Source: Catajapyx aquilonaris (taxonomy: Eukaryota). Taken from it: a DNA stretch of 35,490 nucleotides. The position numbers and the translations under genes are program-made. The notes beneath the pieces were generated by a model. The model had not been told where the DNA came from. It ran no database searches and saw only the letters and a program-made list of their open reading frames with translations. Positions 11,146-21,126 of this stretch are shown here, piece by piece. The DNA lies in the NCBI GenBank assembly GCA_000934665.2, contig KZ539055.1, positions 1 through 35,490 of the forward strand, in the 5' to 3' direction. Within the stretch, counting starts at the first letter, position 1. The number at the start of each line of letters is the position of its first letter.

Positions 11146-11889
11146 TCTTATCGCCTGCGGGAGATGTCAACGAGATATAAATAGCATGGAGGCCGTAAAG
11201 GTCGGCCATCTTTGGCGGCCATGCCACCTCACGGCAAGAACACGCGCTCATTTGAAATTGCCGTATATCTAACCCTGTTCTCCTCTGTCTACACTCCTGC
11301 CTCCTGGCGGGGGTAGGAAGAAAAGTGCAACGCACCAGACTGCCTTTTCTTCCTAGTCCCGCCAGGAGACAGGAGAGGAGAACAGGGTTAGCGATACTAC
11401 AATTTCAAAGTTCTTGCCGTGAAGTGGCATGGCCGCCCGATGGCCGCCATTTTGCTTCAAAGATGTCCGACCTTTACCCTATTCTATCTCGTTGCTTTCA
11501 CCAGACTGCCTCTTATTCCCAGCCCCGCCAGGAGGCAGGAGTGTACGCAGAGGAGAACAGGGTTAGAAATACGACAATTTCAAAGTTCTTGCCGTGAAGC
11601 GTCATGGCCGCCAATTGCATCAAAGATGGCCGACCTTTACGGCCTCTATCCTATTTATATCTCGTTGGGAGATGCTCACTTGAGAGCACCTTTCTCCGAT
11701 GTAAACACATGTGGCGACCCTACCGGACTGCGCTGAACTTAGGTGGAAGGGAAGAGTCGGTCAAAATTAATTTTGACCGACTCTTCCCTTCTACCTAAGT
11801 TCAGCGCAGTCCGGTAGGGTCGTGTTTACATCAGAGAAAGGCGCTCTCAAGTGAGCACCTCCCGCAAAACGCCCCGTCAGGCGATAAGA
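11146..11889. repeat. Palindromic (fold-back) element of unknown superfamily, interrupted by a nested MITE
   Basis: Ends TCTTATCGCCTG / CAGGCGATAAGA; spacer-less palindrome ~11668-11862 centred at 11768|11769. No TSD seen. Confidence 0.65.
11168..11667. mobile_element. P-element-like MITE with long imperfect inverted arms
   Basis: 17-bp TIR CAACGAGATATAAATAG/CTATTTATATCTCGTTG; 8-bp TSD GGAGATGT (11160-11167)/GGAGATGC (11668-11675). Arms are ~155 bp, with an extra internal tandem copy of the right arm (~11333-11495). Confidence 0.7.
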
Positions 11890-13562
11890 GGGAGTGACCA
11901 TGACCAGACCTAAGTGTTCTAAGGCCATGATCCGACTCGTACATCCGACTTGAAAATGGTGGCGATGTGCCGCTGCCCTATATCCACTAATGCAAGCAGG
12001 CACGACATTTCCGTTTATCAGCAAATGGGGAGATGTGTCACGTAGCTGCCCTTCTGAATCGACCTAAAGGGAACAGTCTCCCATCCTAATGAGCGAGACT
12101 CCTTTTGTTCTGACAGACGTGGCACGGGCTGGCAATCGGGCACAAGGACCACATTTCCCGCTTTATAGATGATCATCTTTTCAGATGATGACCGCAACCT
12201 GAACTGGAAGATAGTGCCGATGGAGACGGCTCAGTCGTTACAAGGTCGGAAAAGAAATATGGCGTCTCTCTTTGCCGGGGTCAACCTAATCATCCCAGAG
12301 GATCCGAAGTACTTAGATCTGAAAGACGCCCGGAAATCAAGCTATTTTCAAGCTCGCACTCTCATTAAGCCGCGCCGGAATTAAAGAACTCGCAAGAGTG
12401 AGACAAAGAGTCTAGTGTTCGTCCGGAGCTTAACGGATTTACCGCTCACTTGTACACTGTACAGTAGGGCCAATATAATACTGTAATACAATAGTCGCTG
12501 AAATAACGCCGTCGCAATAATACCTGTATATACAGCTTATCTCAAAATGTTTAACTACAACTTGTTTCCAAATGAAATTCAGGATATTTGCAGGACACCT
12601 ACTGTACATTGCTACTAACTACGATTTACGAGATGCAAGTATGATGCAGGTGATCAAACATGAGTTAACAAAGAAAAGTACGTGTCAGCAAATCCCCTAA
12701 TTTTTTAGCGTTCTTTAAAATAAGTAGCCTCACATCTTTTATACTCATTCGTGAGTCTACATCACGTCTCTATAGTAGCATCACCCAAACTACTCTGCTT
12801 TACATGGAAAGTTTCTCAGCAACTCTTGCAAGTGAGCAAGTCTAACTGTTGCTTGAATTTCCTCCAAATATTTTACTTCATCCTAACGAACGTGCAACCC
12901 AAGCTCTTCTCATACCTTACGGGCGTAAGTAACCCACAAGCGCAAAATTGATCTTCCCTCATAATATCCCTATCTCACGAATATCAGCCATGTTGCCTTT
13001 CAGGTTCAACTCGGGTGCAAGGGATGGTGAATTTTGCAAGGTCTACTCATGCACAGTATAACATTATGACACTCATGTCCTGATCCATAGACAGCCACTG
13101 CGAGCTGTTTTGCCTGCCTTTGACAGCAATGTGGGTTGTCGTGTGTGTCTATAGGCCTCTAGGGAAAGACAAATGAGTACCGTCGTTTCACTACAAACTA
13201 AACTTTGAACATACAACTTAAGAAAGTCGAACATTAGTTGCTAAAATAAACGCGCTGTTAAGTTCAAATCCTGTCGTTCTAGCAACATCAAGTGCACTAT
13301 CAGAATTTACCTTAAATTTCAGTTTCGGTTGCTTACATCCTATTAATAACCCTCAGAAAGGAAAGGAAGGACGTTGTTAGGCAATCATCGGGAAATTTGT
13401 GGCCGAGTTTTGGAAAGCGTTATGGTTGGTGCGAAATAAAGGTGGAGAATAGTAGGGCGTTTCAATGTAGAATGGAAAGAACTAGACATATTGTGGAGCA
13501 TCTGAGCAATATGTCACAAGTGCTCTAAATATATGATCCAGAGATATTAGTGAATATGATTA

Positions 13563-13807
13563 CAGCTAGCCCCCGTTTTACGAAGGGGTTAGGTTCCAGC
13601 AAAAGGGATCGTAAAATGAAAAGTTGTAAAACGATATTATTATAATGCACCAGCAGAAAAATACAGAAGAAACGCCTATTGTGCGTTTGAGTCTTATGCG
13701 TTGCAGCGAGAAGTTACTCTTGCGATTTCTCACTTTTTAGGGAATTTTGAAGAGCTCATGAATGTAAAACGTGGCAAAAAGGACCGCCGAAAATAGGGGG
13801 CCATCTG
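13563..13807. mobile_element. Tigger/pogo-like MITE
   Basis: TA|CAGCTAGCCCCCGTTTTACG ... CGAAAATAGGGGGCCATCTG|TA. Confidence 0.6.
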
Positions 13808-13938
13808 TACAAGACATCTAAATTATTCTCTGCACCCTGGTTACAGAAATTCTCATGCAGTTTTTTCCTCAATTAAGCATCAAATATTGGGTTTCTTTAG
13901 TAGCTGAAGTTACTGCAAACCTGAAGTCGCACCCTAGT

Positions 13939-14164
13939 TCTGCCGTCAGATATGAGAAGACCGTAACTCAATGTCCACTTCCCCTTGCGGCGAGAAAAAA
14001 AGCAGTGGTACCAAAAGCACCCAACAGGTGGAGTTGGGATGCCGTTCCTTTTTCCCCCCTTCCCCCAACGCCACCTCTTGGATGCTTTCGGTAACACTTG
14101 CTTTCTTTTCTCGCCGCAAGGGAAGTGGATATTGAGTTACGGTCCTCTCACATCTGACGGCAGA
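13939..14164. repeat. Fold-back palindrome (MITE-like), ~100-bp arms
   Basis: TCTGCCGTCAGATATGAGAAGACCGTAACTCAATGTCCACTTCCCCTTGCGGCGAGAAAA is mirrored by TTTTCTCGCCGCAAGGGAAGTGGATATTGAGTTACGGTCCTCTCACATCTGACGGCAGA. No TSD found. Confidence 0.75.
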
Positions 14165-14670
14165 GTTGCAGAGTTGACTAAATACGGCGCGGAGCAAAAT
14201 CCACTTTTCCAACGTATCTGGCAACATAATGGAATTATACACGGTACAACGAGAACGCTCCATTGCCTTGATTATGACTTTACTCACTTGCTCATCTGTC
14301 ATGGTTAGTTAACTTGTTGGACAGTAGTATGCTACTCCTACCTATACGTAACTGGTCGAAAAAACACGTTTCCCCCCGCACTGTCCTTTGTGCAGTAACA
14401 TGCTTACCTTCTGATGATTAAAACATAATGCTGTAGTAGATAAAATGCCCAACATAAAGAAAGAATATTGGAGAAACTACCAACTAATAAATATTTCACA
14501 CTGCTGAGGCAGGCAAAAATTATTCAATAATGATTCGGGACTTGTTACACCTCTAGATGACCATACTACCAGGTATTTTCACTAACACATAAACATAAAC
14601 ATAAACACATAAACACAGCACACGTGGTTTCAAATAAATAGAAAAATAATAGATCGGTGAAATATCACTA

Positions 14671-15092
14671 TCATCGAAAAAAAACCTACCTTATTCTTAA
14701 ACATGATTGGCAAATCACGCGAGCGTGATTCGATTAACCTTTTTCTCATTGGACAGCGGGAAATGAGTCCGACAAACCCGATACGATAAGACACGAGCGA
14801 TTCTAATAGGACAACAATGACATTGATTGTTCAGTTTCATATCTCATTGCCAAGGAGCACTATTTATACGGTTACCTGCCTGTCTATTTGACCTTGGCGG
14901 ATAGAGTGAACAAGGAAAACCGGAAGTGGTCGGTCACCTGAAGTTGGCTATGAAACCTATTTTGGTCACGCTGACTCCGAATCGGAAAATAGTTTGTCGC
15001 TATCTCTTGTGGTTTAGGTCATGTGATACCTGTCCACCGACATACGGACGGACCGAGCCGTCCTATTAGGCTGTTTTTCGATGAGAAAAAGT
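14671..15092 (+). mobile_element. Possible non-autonomous Helentron-associated (HINE/DINE-1-like) element
   Basis: Subterminal IR TCATCGAAAAAAAACCTA versus TAGGCTGTTTTTCGATGA, and a GACATACGGACGGAC simple repeat just before the 3' end. Confidence 0.4.
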
Positions 15093-16060
15093 ATAAAATT
15101 ATATATCTCTGTAGTGATGGCAACGACATTTTTCAAAATGTAGAGTGAAATCTGCACTATCACAAGTTGGCCGCTATTATACTGTACAAACTACAGTAGT
15201 TTGGCATAATAAGTTATACTGACGAATCTCAAGATATCAATGGTGAGTGGAACTGAAAAATAACGTAGGCAGCTTAGTGTCTCAGGGAAGGTCGGGAAGG
15301 TAGGCCAGGGTCATTCCATGTCAAATCATCACAGTTTGGAATTAAAATTCGCCTTAACCCGTCAGATTTTGATGAAACTTGGTGTACAATGTGTTAGCCT
15401 ATACTTATTTTCAATGTAAACCATAAAACATTACAAGAGCATCACAGGTCAGTCTCTCATGGAACATCAATTTTTAATGCTCTTCTAATGCTCTGCTAAT
15501 GCTCTTGTGATGCTTTTTAGCGACAAAAAAACAGCACAGGAGCACCACAAGAGCATTAGAAGAGCATTAAAAATTGATGTTCCATGGGGTGGGCTACCAA
15601 TCCACCAAATCTCCTGAAAATCGGTAGGAATTTGACGCGTTGACCTCTGCCCCCCCCAAAGGGGTCATATGGTCATTTTGATCATATCACTTTACTCTTT
15701 TGGTGCGTTTTTCATCCCTTGGGGTGGGCTACCTCTTTTTCAATCTATTTTTGGTTTTATTTTCCTGGCCTTCCCCAACACATGCTGACGACCCAATTTT
15801 GCAAATTTTGTGCAAATTTTATAAACAAATTTCCTAATATGGATATAGATGATACCCCTACCTTCACAACCAAAACACATCCGGGCAATCCTACTAGTGC
15901 TTAATAAACATTTTAGTCTTAGCATATTATGCCAACTAAAAAATTGAATTCAATACACAAGATTTAAAAAAAACTTTCCTCAGATTATCCTATAACATGA
16001 ACATAGCATTTGTCCATATGCTGGAGGTGGTGGCTGATAACAAAAGACCAATAGCCTTGA

Positions 16061-16192
16061 GTTGAGTCAAGTATTCAGTTGATCTGCAATCTTCTTTTCA
16101 CCTTCTGTAGAGTGTAAACCCAACCAGTTGGCCTGTAGGGATTCTCTATGATGCAAAGTATACCAGTATACCATATACCAGTATACCAGTAT
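16061..16192 (+). mobile_element. 5'-truncated non-LTR retroelement 3' end with octamer tail
   Basis: 14-bp TSD ACCAATAGCCTTGA at 16047-16060 and 16193-16206; 3' tail of (GTATACCA)n repeats. Confidence 0.65.
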
Positions 16193-16288
16193 ACCAATAG
16201 CCTTGATTTCTGAGCCACCACCTCCAGCATATGGACAAATGCTATGTTCATGTTTTGGTGTAATCTGATGTAAGTTTTTTCCCCTGTG

Positions 16289-16585
16289 CAGTAGAACCCG
16301 GATTATCCGTCACCCACGGGACTGGGGCATCGTCGGCTAAACTTTAATGAAACACAACAAAAAACATAAAAAACATGAAATAATGTACATCATCATGGTT
16401 TCATAAGAAATAGGTGAGTATTTACCTTTTATATACACATTCCCTGTATTGGATTTACAATTTAACTAAGGCAATACAAAACAAATGTGTAGCACATTGC
16501 AGTATTTGATGAGAAAACATGATTTATTGCTGGGGCTGGACAGTCGGATAATAATCCGAGGTGGCGGATAATTGGGGTTCTACTG
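16289..16585. mobile_element. Tigger/pogo-like MITE nested in the 15308-17796 element
   Basis: CAGTAGAACCCGGATTATCCG ... CGGATAATTGGGGTTCTACTG|TA (left flank is TG). Confidence 0.7.
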
Positions 16586-16826
16586 TATATTTTTAATAAA
16601 TAAGTTAACCTCTGTCATGTTACATATCAAATTAAAGGCCATCAAAATACCTTTAATATGAGACATTGCCCAGGTTTCTATCTCATCTGATTCCCGAGAA
16701 AATTACTTGAGTACGGTATGTCAAGATGCAGCAATTTTTAGTCAAAATTTGAATATATAATATATATTTAATAACTTTTGAACGGTAGCCAAAAAAACAT
16801 CTTTCTTGGGTTTTCATTCATAACTA

Positions 16827-17711
16827 ACAAGGGAAGTGTCTGTAGGGCCATCGGCCAATCAGCCCGAAAATGACACTTGGGGTAAATCGCAGGCCAGAAA
16901 TTCATTGGTGAAAGTAAAAAGTCGCATTAGCCAAGCGTTTTCGAGATATGGGCAACTATAGGTGCCCGGCAAACCTGCTCGGTGACAATGGGGTGCATTC
17001 GGCAGAAGAAATTATAAACAGTCTTCGTGGCTCAGTCGGTAGCGCATCCGTGTCATGATCCGAAGTCTCCGCGTTCAAGTCCAAGGGAAGCGACTTTTTT
17101 TCCCCCCCTCCCTCTCTCGTCTCGGAGCATGGCTTTCTTTTTCTTTCTTCCCCAACACCGTTTATCACCGCATATCTTCCCTTTTGCAATCAACAGGAAT
17201 AAATAAACAGCTTGCTGGGAAGTGCATTCTTTTTTTTTTCTTCTGCCGATGCTTACCTACTCTCTCCATGGCTTCATATTCGGAAAAATGAATAGTCACA
17301 AGCTCAGTAAATAATAACTTATTCGTGTCCCTTCGTAATTATATGTTTACGATGTACACGCGTTCATTTATGGTTGCGGTTTCATTGAGCAGTTATTGCG
17401 AGTTGACAAGGACACAAATGAGAGAAGCGAAATATCAACGTCAACCTGTTTGCAGTGTTGCTAAACACCCGGGAAGGGCGAAAATTATAAATATGCTACC
17501 GACTGAGCCACGAAGACTGTTTATAATTTCTTCTGCCGAATGCGCCCCATTGTCACCGAGCAGGTTTGCCGGGCACCTATAGTCGCCCATATCTCGAAAA
17601 CGCTTGGCTAATGCGACTTTTTACTTTGACCAATGAATTTCTGGCCTGCGATTTACCCCTAGTGTCATTTTCGGGCCGATTGGCCGATGGTCCTACAGAC
17701 ACTTCCCTTGT
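16827..17711. repeat. 217-bp inverted repeat pair (16827-17043 / 17495-17711)
   Basis: Direct comparison shows colinear arms with about 6 substitutions and a ~450-bp spacer. Confidence 0.9.
17021..17094 (+). pseudogene. tRNA-Met(CAT)-like pseudo-tRNA
   Basis: A box TGGCTCAGTCGG, anticodon arm TCCGT-GTCATGA-TCCGA, B-box-like GTTCAAGTCC and a T7 run at 17095-17101. T and acceptor stems are disrupted. Confidence 0.6.
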
Positions 17712-18520
17712 AAGTAAAAACACATGGTACACCAAGTTTCATCAAAATCTGAGGGGTCAAGGCCAATCAGCGTGATGATTTGACATGGAATGACCCACTA
17801 CCAAAAGGTAGGGGGAATAGCTTCAATACTGCAAAGTCACTTTCCCAGGATGTATAAAGAAAGTGGAGTGTCGGACTGCTTGGCGGCTGCGCCAACTCTT
17901 GGGTCTTTATCAGATCCACTAAATTGTTAACAGGTAGCCTGCATATCCTTTGATGCGTATTGTGAGTGCCTTTCTCACATATTGACGCCGTTTTTCTGGG
18001 TGGGGTGAAATGTTTCAACCTGTACTGGCTCCAACTTTGTTCTGACAGCAACCATTTGGTGAACAGGATGATAATATCCATCCAAAGCCTAAGAATTTTC
18101 CAGCCGGCTCCATTCACAAACATATCTGAGTATGTCCATTAGCTCACTCTCATCTGAATCATCCTTGTAATTAGTAGTCGTGAGTTTCAAGTTCTGATTA
18201 AAGTTCTGGCCACATTTAATCCCTAACTCTCTACTAGCACAAGTAGTTATGATTTTAAAATATATGTACCACAATACAGTAAACCGCGTCAATGAGCAAG
18301 GATATGTTAATAATTTGTAGTCCAGTCAATGCAAATGTCTCTCCATGGAATGCTTCACTGACATGCAGCACCTGTCTGACACCACAACAGATCTGTCATT
18401 GACCATCCTAGCCTGGCTTCATTTTTCCCATAATGATCATTTCCTAACAAAGCTGCACCGGTCAGAAGCCTTGTTACTGTACAATTTGAATGGTCATTGG
18501 AAACCTATTAGCAGAATGTG

Positions 18521-18857
18521 GGGGAGGCGGAGTGGTGCTGCGGTAAAGCATGCACCCACGGATGTTAAGGTCCTGGGATCAAATCCCGCCCGGGGACACC
18601 CCCTTCATCTCGGGTGGTATTTCCAATAGACTAAACCACCTGGGGGAGTTCACTAAAAATGGCCATAGCAGGACATTGCACTGCACCTTCCACATCCCCT
18701 GACCCCTCCTGTCATCCTGCCTGTGGGCCCAGGTGCTTGTCAAAGGTTCCAATTGTGTACGTTGTACAAGGTAGTAAATAAAGGTCCATGCAATACCCCA
18801 AGAGGGGTCCAAGCACTACCCGGATTTATTATTATTATATATATTATATTATATTAT
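18521..18857 (+). mobile_element. Full-length tRNA-derived SINE (family B, copy 1)
   Basis: 15-bp TSD TATTA(G/T)CAGAATGTG (18506-18520, 18858-18872); tRNA-like head with GGGATCAAATCCC; (TTA)n tail; homologous to 27521-28325. Confidence 0.88.
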
Positions 18858-19741
18858 TATTATCAGAATGTGTAGGTGCCTAACAAATGGTATCAAAATA
18901 AATAAACAACATAATATTAAATAGATGCCTCTGTCAAGGTAAAATACTTGCAGGTTTTTAAATATACATCTTCAAATGATTTGTGCATCCTTCCCAGGTT
19001 CTCGTTTGCATTATGTTATTTAATAATTTTTAGTAGAGGTCGTCATTTATCACGTCACAAGCAAAATGCAAAAGTGCAGTTTTCAAGCCCGACTGTCACA
19101 ACTTGAATTATCACTAAGAAAAATGGCCAGGAGGATATTATAGCAGTAAACTATCAACAATACAAAAACGAGTCTCATCAAGTTACAAAATCTGTCTATA
19201 TTCCTGTCTCTTGTTTTCATTCTTCAATGGTCTAAAATCCTACAGTTGTTACAAGATCCTTTCAGATGAAATTGAGCTAGTCAACCACACAGTCATGGTT
19301 ATGGAAAGTTAAGGCAAAAATTTGCCAAAAATCAGGACATGCCTCATCTACCAGTGTTCCAAAGTTGGTTCACATCTAAATGGTATGAGAGCCAAAAGCA
19401 GACAAATTCTTCACACTCAAATAAAAATGCTTAGACATTAGAGCTTAGGCAGGCAAATAGGATAACACAGAATATGTTTTAAATCAAGAATGATCTCACA
19501 TCACAGCTTATGCATGTATGCACCACAAATAGGTTTTGAGCCCAGGTACAAGCTGAAAACTAGGAAAAGTGTAACATTAATCTTGCATTCGACAAATAAG
19601 TGTGAAGGAGACCCGTTCTTCACACTCGAAGATGAATGCTTAGAGCTTAGGCAGGCGAATGGGAGTGCAGGTGTAGCATATGAATGGAAAATGTGCTTTC
19701 CTGGAATCAAAGGCAACACCGAAGCCAAAAGCAGAATTGGA

Positions 19742-19812
19742 AGGAGCCACCGAGAGTTGAACTCGGATCACTGAACATTAGTTCAGTATGCTACCACTTG
19801 CACCATGGAACC
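19742..19812 (-). tRNA. tRNA-Gln-derived gene or pseudogene with a non-canonical 6-nt anticodon loop
   Basis: GGTTCCA TG GTGC AAGTGGTA GCAT A CTGAA CTAATG TTCAG TGAT CCGAG TTCAACT CTCGG TGGCTCC T aligns end to end with metazoan tRNA-Gln. D, anticodon and T stems pair; the acceptor stem has 2 mismatches; TTTT lies ~11 nt downstream. Confidence 0.75.
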
Positions 19813-19958
19813 TCCTTGTTGCTTTTGGTGATTATAATACGGTATTCTGAATCTAACATTAGCCTACTGTATATTTGTGCATTATTTAATAACTCTGAAG
19901 CCTCGTCTGTGTAAAGACTAACACTCAAATCAGATAGATGAAACAGTATTTTACTTAC

Positions 19959-20180
19959 TGATGTGATGTCGGAAGCAGAAATGGCATCTACTGACTTGAT
20001 CATTTCTTCTGTTGACACCACCTTCCCAGAAAGGAGAACCTGAAGACCCAGCTCCTCCAACATTTCACCTCCATTTTCTTCAGATATCCTCAATGCCGTC
20101 TTGACTTGGGCCTTGGCACGGGCCACCTCAGCATCTGTGATACTTGGGCTTTGCATCAACTTGGTCACTGCTTTCAAGAC
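19959..20180 (-). CDS. UQCRC2: UQCRC2 penultimate coding exon (VLKAVTK...DAISASDITS)
   Basis: tttcttttag acceptor, gtaagt donor, 222 nt, phase 0/0. ITDAEVARAKAQVK...LEELGLQVLLSGK matches the core-2 C-terminal region. Confidence 0.93.
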
Positions 20181-20375
20181 CTAAAAGAAAAGTGTACCTT
20201 TCTCATGTACCGTATTCATAATATGCAAGCATCATCCACTCCAATTTTACTCGATTTTGACAGTCAATCAGACATACCCATTACCATATATTGAACTATT
20301 AAGTTAATATTACATAGAGACCACTGTGATAGGGGACAGCAAAAATGAGCCCACCTCAAGTATATGTTTACAACT

Positions 20376-20620
20376 GAGGCCCTCAGAGGAAGAACGGCAT
20401 ATCCCAACCGACCTCCAATTTTGAGACTGTAGTGCTGCTGTACTCTCCTATCTACCTTTCATGTGCTGAAGTACCAAATGAATTGGGATATGTCAAAGCT
20501 CACATATTCCACTTGTAAAATTTGTCCGTAGTGGAAAAACCAACTGTCTTAGTGGAAAAAATGCCATTTTTCTCAAAATGAACTTCGGTTGGGATATGCA
20601 GTTCTTCCTCTGAGCACCTC
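20376..20620. mobile_element. Sola-like MITE
   Basis: 36-bp TIR GAGGCCCTCAGAGGAAGAACGGCATATCCCAACCGA with few mismatches, GAG termini and a perfect 4-bp TSD AACT. Confidence 0.8.
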
Positions 20621-21126
20621 AACTGCTTTGTTCATTTTCTCCACAGAATTTATTTTAAATGCATAGCACAAATGGACTAAAAGGACAAAATTAATAATCC
20701 CTTATGATCTTCATTACAGTGCATGCAGTCAAGCGGCTTGCCATATTAATTTATGCTGGCATCACTGCATTTCGTCATTATTGTGGAAACTGTACAGGAA
20801 ATGCCTTAATATGAATATGATGACAAAGTTTGTATATGTGTGTGGCTACCATTCCTCCTTTACCTGATGTGCTTTAAATAACTCAGGATATGTTACAAAA
20901 GGAAAGGGGTAAAGCTGCACCAAATGACATTTGAATGCCTGTAATGTCACAACTGCCCTAGAATGATCGCTATTATAAACATTTTTGGGCAATTATTACA
21001 TTTAAAGTTAATTGCACTTTAATTTTTTCTGGAACACCCTGTAGATGAATTTTTTCGGCGTTTTACATTCAGAAGGACCACCACGAGTTAAAATGATAAA
21101 TATGGGAGCATACTGTTTTTCATTAA

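Larger units (their letters stand above)
15308..17796. mobile_element. Composite non-autonomous DNA transposon, tentatively Sola2-like (GGG termini)
   Basis: TIR GGGTCATTCCATGTCAAATCA/TGATTTGACATGGAATGACCC plus subterminal IR TCAGATTTTGATGAAACTTGGTGTAC. The 4-bp flanks GCCA/ACTA match only partly. Contains several nested palindromes and insertions. Confidence 0.65.

Noticed and set aside
11141..12024. Several similar ORFs on opposite strands (also at 9105-9524, 13855-14308 and 16956-17775)
   Set aside because: By-products of inverted repeats; no recognisable domains or splice structure.
19510..19552. Acceptor ttttcag|CTTGTACCTGGG as an alternative UQCRC2 last exon (LVPGLKTYLWCIHA*)
   Set aside because: In phase, but it has no similarity to the conserved C-terminus and is unsupported without transcripts.
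19813..19958. MALAT1-like triple helix upstream of the tRNA-like element (AAAAGCAA tract)
   Set aside because: The required paired U-rich ENE motifs are absent upstream, and the A-tract does not abut the tRNA 5' end.
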